A stretch of 62,298 bases of DNA, counting the filler, from Choristocarpus tenellus KU-1152 (lineage: Eukaryota > Protista > Phaeophyceae): assembly GCA_964200185.2 (NCBI GenBank). It is 6 parts of 6 records of this genome, joined end to end, with 100 filler letters (N's around TTAATTAATTAA, not from the genome) between each part and the next. Parts side by side here need not be neighbours in the genome. Positions count along the whole stretch, not along the records: positions 52,503 to 56,037 come from CAXNAD020019397.1; positions 56,138 to 62,298 come from CAXNAD020008796.1; 4 more parts are not named here. The stretch is one strand, 5' to 3'. The translations under genes and the position numbers were made by a program. Positions 55,092 through 62,298 of this stretch are shown here, one piece after another. Every line of letters starts with the position of its first letter. Position 1 is the first letter of the stretch. The notes under the pieces are model-generated. The model saw only the letters and a program-made list of their open reading frames with translations, was not told the DNA's origin and searched no databases.

Positions 55092-56037
55092 TGTGATGCA
55101 ACTCAAGTGACGTACACTATACTATACTATTTGTGTGGAACGTAGAGCGACTGTTCTGTACTAAGGTGCTCTGATTGTAGTTGATGTGATGATGAAGAAC
55201 TAGCGAACGTAACGTCCAGAACGTAACAGACCAATCAGCAGTCAATATTGGCTGGTGGAACGGTATCGTATGTGGAAAGCATATTTGTCTGTTATTATAC
55301 CGTTGTGCCGTATGCCATGTACCGTTATACCGTGGTACCGATTAATGTTCCCAGTCAAGAATCTGTGATTCCATGGACAGACTTTTTCTGCTATGTCGCA
55401 CATGGAAAATTCACTTTGTTCTCACGTCTTGACTGGCGGTGATGAAGCCCCACCTTTGATGGTGCTCCTCAATCCTAAGTTTTCCCTTGACCAACCTTAA
55501 CCTCATACCCTCGATCATGGTTCGTGCTTGTTCGTGTGGTTCGTCTTGCCCGGTGATTCTCTTCGCCACCCTTGCCTGAGTGGACCACACCGCCACAGAA
55601 TCACACGATTCACATTGGCGACACCAGTGTCCTCAGAAATAGGGCGACGGTGCATTTCTGGTTGACCGCGGAGAAAAGATGCCGAACTCTAGATCAAGAC
55701 GAAGATGGAGGGCCCAAGAGCGGAGAACCCCAGACCTGACGCCATCAAGAGTACAAGAAGAGGCGCAAGATCACGAACCAGTGGTGGACATGGAGTCTTC
55801 CACCCACGTCTGCTCTGACATGTCGAGTATTCACTCCACGTCATCCAGTACCAGCAAACTTGCTGAATGGCGCCGTGAATCCCCCCCTTCCCCTTTCACA
55901 GATCGACAGGCAAATGTCAGACCCGTGTCGTCGACCCTCGAGCATCGTGTTAGCTCAGGCGACCGTGACACTCGTTAGGTCCTTTTCCAGGGAGAACCAG
56001 TCCCACCCCCAAGTTCAACTACTTGTGAGGTGACCAC
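55092..56037 (+). mobile_element. Putative 5' LTR (55092-55614) + primer-binding site + start of internal region of an LTR retrotransposon
   Basis: TGTGA...TCACA inverted ends, followed 1 nt later by TGGCGACACCAGTG (tRNA-Arg-like PBS) and a Ser/Arg-rich ORF at 55679-55978. Cut by the contig end; no pol and no second LTR visible. Confidence 0.55.
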
Positions 56038-56137
56038 NNNNNNNNNNNNNNNNNNNNNNNNNNNNNNNNNNNNNNNNNNNNTTAATTAATTAANNNNNNN
56101 NNNNNNNNNNNNNNNNNNNNNNNNNNNNNNNNNNNNN
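56038..56137. other. Artificial contig linker
   Basis: N-run/TTAATTAATTAA/N-run. Confidence 0.97.
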
Positions 56138-56777
56138 GGGTGGATGCTGTCCGTTTTCCTCCTCCTGGATGCTAAGTCCAGTTGGGAACATTTTTCTGAC
56201 TGGTCTTGAAACCCTTAGAAAGGAGTTGCATCATATTACAGGCACAAATGACAAAAAAAAAAATTAAAACTATTTGTACAAAAAAAAGCAAAAGACAAAA
56301 CCAAACTGTTTTTTTTTTATATTTAGTAAAAATATCGAAAAAAAATAATATAATAAAAAATATTATTGTCTCCGTGCAACACATGCTTACGGTGCTAATC
56401 TTTTTCCTCCTGAAAAATCGAATTCAAATTCAACTCACGAATGGAAACATTCTCGGAACGTTCTAGAAAAAAAAAAAAAAAAACTCCTCTTGTCATAGTT
56501 GATTTTCTACAGCAGTTTTTTTTTCTTTTAGTGGCTACCGCCGGCTTTTTCGCGCACAGTTCTCTTCCAGATATTATTCTTATCATATTACCGTTCTTTT
56601 GGAATTTTTTTTTTTTTAATTATTTTTGTGTTTGTGTGCTGCCTGGCCTGCCTGCCTGGCCTGCCTGCCTGCCTGCATGACTGACTGCCCGTCTGTGTTT
56701 GACAAACCATTCTCTCGTACCTCGATCAAACTGTCTCTCATGGGGTAATGATCGAACAAATCGGAACATCCCGGAAG

Positions 56778-57252
56778 CCTGGTTGCAACAAGGAGGCGAG
56801 CAAGTGAGATCTTCGTCTTTGTTCAAAGTAGGCACTTGTGGCACCATATTTTGCTTCTTTTTTTTAAAGTGATTAATAAAGCTGAGACAAGAAGGTATAT
56901 ATATATATATGTATCTTTTATTGTGTTGCTATATATATATATATGTATTTTTTAGTGTGTTACTATATATATATATATCTTTTAGTGTGTTACTGCTTGA
57001 AGAGGCGAGATAATATGAAAGAATATTCACAGGACAATTTTTTTTTTTGTGAGTGTGAAAACTTCACAAAGATTTTTTCTAACACGCTCTTGAGACACTT
57101 ATCAACTCACTTGGACAGCTGAAATAAGGTGAAGGAGATGGAGTAAGGTTTTATAAAATGATAAGGCGTGACGAGTACGTGTAGTGTCCCCTCCTCTCTA
57201 TTGTGGTATATAAAAAAAACCCCAGGTGATTTGAAGGTTATGGATTGTGTTG

Positions 57253-57289
<37 letters not shown>

Positions 57290-60200
57290 TCAATGTGTTG
57301 CAGATCACAGAATGCAATTTTTTTTTAATATCGCTCCCCTGATTGGTCAACCACAACTCAACAGTTTTCGTAATTTTTATGTGCACTGATTGGTCAACCG
57401 CCACAGCACTGAACTGAACACACACACACACACACTCTGCCTTTTCATTGGTCGGCTTGTTTTCGGGGGTGGTTCACTCTTTTTAAAAATATATATATAT
57501 ATATTTTTTATTATTTCTGTCGAGTGCAGAAAAATTAAAATTAGTTAGACAAAAATAAAAAAAGAAGTGAGATTATAGAGCCGTTTTTTTTCTTTCTAAC
57601 CAGAGTTGTTTTTTTTAAATGTTCCGATTTTGTTTTTTTGCCGTTGGTCAATCAATGAAGGTTCCGTGACCTCAAGGAGGAGTTCGATGCTCTGGATTGT
57701 GAGATTCTTGGAGTGAGCACGGACACTGAAGCTAGTCACAAGCGGTTCATTGCTAAGTTTGGGCTCAACTTTAGGCTCCTTGTGGACACTGACAGGTGAC
57801 AGGAACAGAAAATGTGTGTTGTTTTTTATAGGAATACAAAGTAAAGGTAATATGTAGGCCTGGGGTGGAGTACTTCAATATGGTTGGTATTAATAGCATG
57901 CTGTTTGCTCGTGTGTATTGTTACTAAAAACATGCAGTTGGCTAGGTGTGCATTGTTACTAATAGCATGCTGTTTGCTTGTGTGCATTGTTACTGAAAAC
58001 ATGCAGTTGGCTAGGTGTGCATTGTTACTAATAGCATGCTGTTTGCTTGTGTGCATTGTTACTAATAGCATGCTGTTTACTAGTGTGCATTGTTTCTAAA
58101 AACATGCTGTTTGCTTGTGTGCATTGTTACTAATAGCATGCTGTTTACTAGTGTGTATTTAGCTTCAGGTAGTCTCTGGCTATCCAAATCTCCTTGGGTT
58201 TTTTTTTCACTGTCCAGCACTAGACTGCGACTGTTATTTATTTCAGTTTCCGTTTATTTTAATTTAATTTTTTTGTTGTTGCCAAGTATAGTAGTGAGAA
58301 GACGTCTATGTATGCGTGTAAAGTCTACGCTTGAGCAATGACAAAATAAGGTACTCGTTTAATTGGTTAAAAATAAGGTACTGTGTGTGTGGTGTATTCG
58401 TATCGATCGATTCGTGTCAAAAAAAGGTATGTAGGTGAACCACTGGGTTTTAAATCAATCGCGATTTTTTGAGGGGGGAGGTATCTTAAACCAACAGGAA
58501 TGTATACATGCCTCAAATCACAATCAGGCTCGGAGGGGTGGGCCCAACATAAAAATTCTCAGAAATTCCCAGTATCTGCATTCCAAGAAATATCTCAGAA
58601 ATTAAAGATGTTGGACAGTGTGACGTTGTCGCATGTACCCCTGAGGTTTTATAGAAATTCCCGGTATCTGCATTCCAAGAAATTTCTCAGAAATTATAGA
58701 TGTTGGACAGTGTCACGTTGTCGCATATACCCCTGAGGGTATAGATCAGTCCTTGTAACGCACTGAGCCTATAGGATGCATTCATTTGACCCAAAGCATT
58801 TAAGAGGGTAAAGAGTTTTGCCCTTTTTGTCTGTTCTGTCTGGGCTTGGCTTCCAACTTTTTGATTTTTTTTAGCACAAGATACCCAATTTTAGATAACA
58901 AAAAAAAATCGGAAAGTGCCACTGAACGATTCTTGGAATATATAAATATATACATGGGTTTTATCAGGTCGGTATGACTGCTGCAGTGGTATAACAGTAA
59001 TGGTATGTGCTGAACACATCATACTATCACTGTTTTTCCTTTCATTAAGTTAATTGTAAGTGACAACTGAGCCAAAGTATCTTAGAGGGTAGAGCCGTGT
59101 CCATTTCGGGGTCAAATTCGAATGTTCCGATTTTTGATTTAATTTTGACTATCATGTTTTTGAGGAAGTGTCAATATCCTTGTTCCGGACACACCTTTTC
59201 ATCACGTGCAAATTTTTCCTACTCCGAAACATATTGGAGTAGGAAAATTTCTTAAAACACCTGTGGAAAGACAAACAGGGCAAAAATCGTACCCTCTAAG
59301 ATACTTTCACTCAACTTTGTTTATGTACCTCCTTTCTGCCCTACCCTGCCCTGCCCTGCCCTGCCCTGCCTGAGTCCAGGGTGGTTATCAAGGCCTATGG
59401 GGCATCGAAGGGAGGTAATAGGACCCAGCGAAGCACGGCTCTTGTCGACAAGGAGGGGAATGTGGCTGCAATCTGGAATCCGGTAAAAAACAAATAAATG
59501 AAGATGTGCAAGGGTAGGAAGTTTTTTTTCAAGATTATGCAGTAACCCTAACCCTAACTGTACCCTTTTGTTACAAGGAATACAGTAGTAGTAGTAGTAG
59601 TAGTAATAATAATAATGGTAGCAATAATAATAATAATAATAGAAGTATTAGTAGCAATGATAGTAATAATAGTAGTAGCAGTAATAGTGATAATAGTAGT
59701 GGTAGTAGTAATAATAGTAGCAATGATAGTGATAATAATAATAGTAATAGGCGCTGAAAAATGTATATTAAATAAGGGGGAATTTTAAGATGGATAAGGT
59801 ACAGGATGAGTATTTTCCATCACTGATTTTTAATTGGGATACTGTTTATGATATTGGCATTGGCTCAGTCTAAGCACTTGCCATGGCTGTGGGCCGACCT
59901 GTAGCGATATCATTTTGAAGAAGTAGATGGCCGTGGGTAATTTTTTTTTTTTACAGGCCTGGTAAAGATGGGTTGGGTTGGGCTAGTTGAAAAATGTCCC
60001 AAATAGTACCAAATGTGTGTGGCAAAAAACATGCTCTCTTTCTATATATATATATATATCCTTTCAGTCAGCCTTGAACTTGCCATTGTTATAAATGTGT
60101 TTTAAATAAGAACAGACTGTCCTTGCATTGTCTATGCTTTAGCTTGGCTGCAGGCTGGCCTGTGGCCCCACCTCAGATACAATCTGCTGTGACCCTTGTC

Positions 60201-61857
60201 CGAACGTGTCACCTGTCCAGTCTGAGGTTCCAATGCTTGGTGGACCTGGTCCAGATTTATCAGAAAGTATTGGAACCGGTCTGGTCCATGTGCTGGTTGG
60301 TCCCTTCATATCTACCAGCCCGATGGAAAGCCTTCAAACTTTTGGTGTTTTGTGTCCATGAATATTTTTAACTGTTAGGGTTAAGGATAATAAAAATAAT
60401 AGATGAGGTGATTGTGAGGATAGTTCGTGTAAGCGTTTTGATATTGTGGTACTGGTTTTTATTATATTTTATTTTATTTCTAACAATCACATTTTTTTTT
60501 CTGAGTGGTGAACTGTTGTTGTGAACTACCTGCGGTGTGCACATAAATTCCTGTCTTCTGATTGGTCAGAATATTCTCCTTCGGGTTTCCAAGTCGAGAA
60601 CCTCCCCCCTGCCCCCCTCTACACCCAGGAAGTAGGTATGTACTGATTGCCTTGTTCTACTTACGAGCACATGGTCATGTGTACTGGATGCAGTCATTAT
60701 TCAACCCCAAGCTATGTGAATAATTTTGGAAGAGACTGAAGACAGTCAAAAGGAGTAGCCTTTCCGGAACGTATGGCTGCTTGTGGTGCCAGCAAGGTTA
60801 TATTTCGCCTTGAATGCCCATGTTTTTCTCATCCCAAGGAGGAGTATATTGTAATGAGCATTTTTTTCTTTTGGGGAGATTTAACTATTTTGTACCATAG
60901 ATGATGTTCAATGGGTAACAATAGGGTTTCCGCATGTACCTCAAGGTGTTGGTTGAGAGCAGGAAAGGTCTGCCAGCATGCATACCCTGGTCTGCCTGCT
61001 TGGTATGCTGGCCTGCCAGAGAAGTTGACATTTGACATGTCGGAATGACATTTGACATGTCGGAATGACATTTGACATGTCGGAATGACATTTGACATGT
61101 CGGAATGACATTTGACATGTCGGAATGATATTTGACATGTTCGAATGATATTTCAAGGATAATTTTCTGTATAGGCAAGGACATTCTTTTTGTCTCATTG
61201 GTGGTCAACTAGACCAGTCTGGTTACAATCTCCGGTGGTCCTGGATCGGTCCTGCTGAAGCATTCTTAGTCCAAGACCGGCCCTGGTCTGGTCCAAAACA
61301 TATGGTAAAAATGTGTTGGACTGGCCCTGAAGTTGTTCAAAACATATAGGGAACTAATTACAATTTGTTCATCAGTTACATCCATTCCCATCATCATGAG
61401 ATGATCAACCGAATCCTGGCTCTGTATCAGGCAGGTTGGCCGGCAACCCAATCTGGTTACACTCTCTAACAGCCCTGAACTGCTTACATCAAACCATACT
61501 TTACTACGGCAGACCTGTGGCTCAGTCTGGATTGAAGTCTCTGACATTCCAGCACTTTTTCTGTTCAAACATATTTCACGAGGCTTGGCCTGGTCCTGTC
61601 ACATTAACCTAGTCCTGTGGAAAATCCCTGGCATAGAAGAAAACTATCAACTAATCAGTCCTTCCAGTTTGTACTACACTTTGGTGCTAGTAAGTGTCAG
61701 AGGTATTGACTGAGTAGCAGCTTTGACCAACCTGCAGCCCTGAACTAACCCTAACACTATCTATTAATACAATCTGTTATCTTGTGTCCAGGTTAGTGGT
61801 GCAGAAACTCACCCTGAGAAGGTGCTGGATAAACTCAAGGAGTTGACTGCCAGCTAG
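56778..61857 (+). CDS. Peroxiredoxin Q / BCP (AhpC-TSA family), 5'-partial
   Basis: Exons 56778-56803, 57661-57795, 59380-59481 and 61792-61857 give PGCNKEASKFRDLKEEFDALDCEILGVSTDTEASHKRFIAKFGLNFRLLVDTDRVVIKAYGA...TQRSTALVDKEGNVAAIWNPVSGAETHPEKVLDKLKELTAS*. Not in the ORF track because the exons are short. Confidence 0.9.
57890..58160. repeat. Compound minisatellite (~29-33-bp subunits, ~62-bp higher-order unit)
   Basis: Repeating taatagcatgctgtttgcttgtgtgcattgttac / aaaacatgcagttggctaggtgtgcattgttac. Confidence 0.9.
58549..58737. repeat. ~97-bp tandem duplication
   Basis: agaaattccc.gtatctgcattccaagaaa...gatgttggacagtgt.acgttgtcgcat.tacccctgagg occurs twice. Confidence 0.9.
59069..59312 (-). 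mobile_element. MITE family A, TSD AACT
   Basis: Both TIRs intact, AACT on both flanks; a partial diverged copy lies at ~58788-58860. Confidence 0.9.
61026..61155. repeat. 20-bp minisatellite TGACATTTGACATGTCGGAA, ~6.5 copies
   Basis: Perfect head-to-tail copies degrading at the 3' end; no spacers. Confidence 0.95.
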
Positions 61858-62298
61858 AGAGGTTTCCTGGTGATGAAGGTTAGGGTTAGGGTTACAATGG
61901 TGTGCCTGGTGGTGGAGGTGTTGCAGCTGTACGTGTGACACATGTTTCATGAGGTTGTGTTGAGCGTGTTTCGTATTATGGTGGGAGGCGTGTATGATAA
62001 TTGTGTAACTGCTGTGCTACAGTAGTAGTGTAACTATCAGGGGGGGGGGGTTGGTCTTGGGTGGCACTACTGGCAGAAACGAATTATTCAATGTTGTTGG
62101 TCACAGGTATGTACTTATTATTATGTGTGTGTGTGTGTGTAGTTGCCACCTTGGAGTGGTCCTATTTGTGTTGATTGTTGTATGTTATTTATTGAATGGA
62201 CTGTTTCACCAAGCTGTCCCCCATGTGGGGTATTCCAGCAATTATTACTAGTCCCATATCACCTGAGGGGGGGGGGGGGGGGTTTTTGATAGTGTTTT

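Noticed and set aside
57119-57236. Two candidate micro-exons (57119-57128 CTGAAATAAG; 57226-57236 GTGATTTGAAG) that would splice to U-N-K-V-I-U-R-FRD, a double-selenocysteine UxxxxU PrxQ
   Set aside because: The spacing is striking, but a conventional Cys exon (56778-56803, PGCNKEASK) already supplies the active site and starts in a different phase. No canonical SECIS is visible: the hairpins at ~61931-61967 and ~61996-62038 lack the apical AA or the GA quartet. Probably coincidence; RNA-seq junction reads would settle it.

Overview
Eukaryotic nuclear DNA, most likely a stramenopile alga (brown alga or close relative; inferred from intron-rich genes, the Rab1 [10 protein letters not shown] motif and TTAGGG repeats). 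The window is six unlinked contigs joined by artificial 100-nt N/TTAATTAATTAA/N linkers: 1-18543, 18644-39808, 39909-44222, 44323-52402, 52503-56037, 56138-62298. Genes were spliced by hand. They are: a >1700-aa minus-strand protein (ATP-grasp-like N-terminus, response-regulator receiver, serine-less alpha/beta-hydrolase, IQ motifs); a METTL21-type lysine methyltransferase; a TOPORS-like RING E3 ligase head-to-head with Rab1; a 5'-truncated PCH2/TRIP13; a possible PX-domain fragment; and a 5'-truncated peroxiredoxin Q/BCP. Most notable are a ~600-bp Rickettsiales-like bacterial insert (terminator, sigma70 promoter, truncated Bcr/CflA MFS gene) between Rab1 and PCH2, and a long decaying CpG-rich gene with a ParB/Srx-like CLNGQHR motif. 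Also present: two related MITE families (4-bp TSDs at several copies), an LTR plus primer-binding site, and many short interstitial TTAGGG tracts. No database searches were run; family calls rest on motif recognition.
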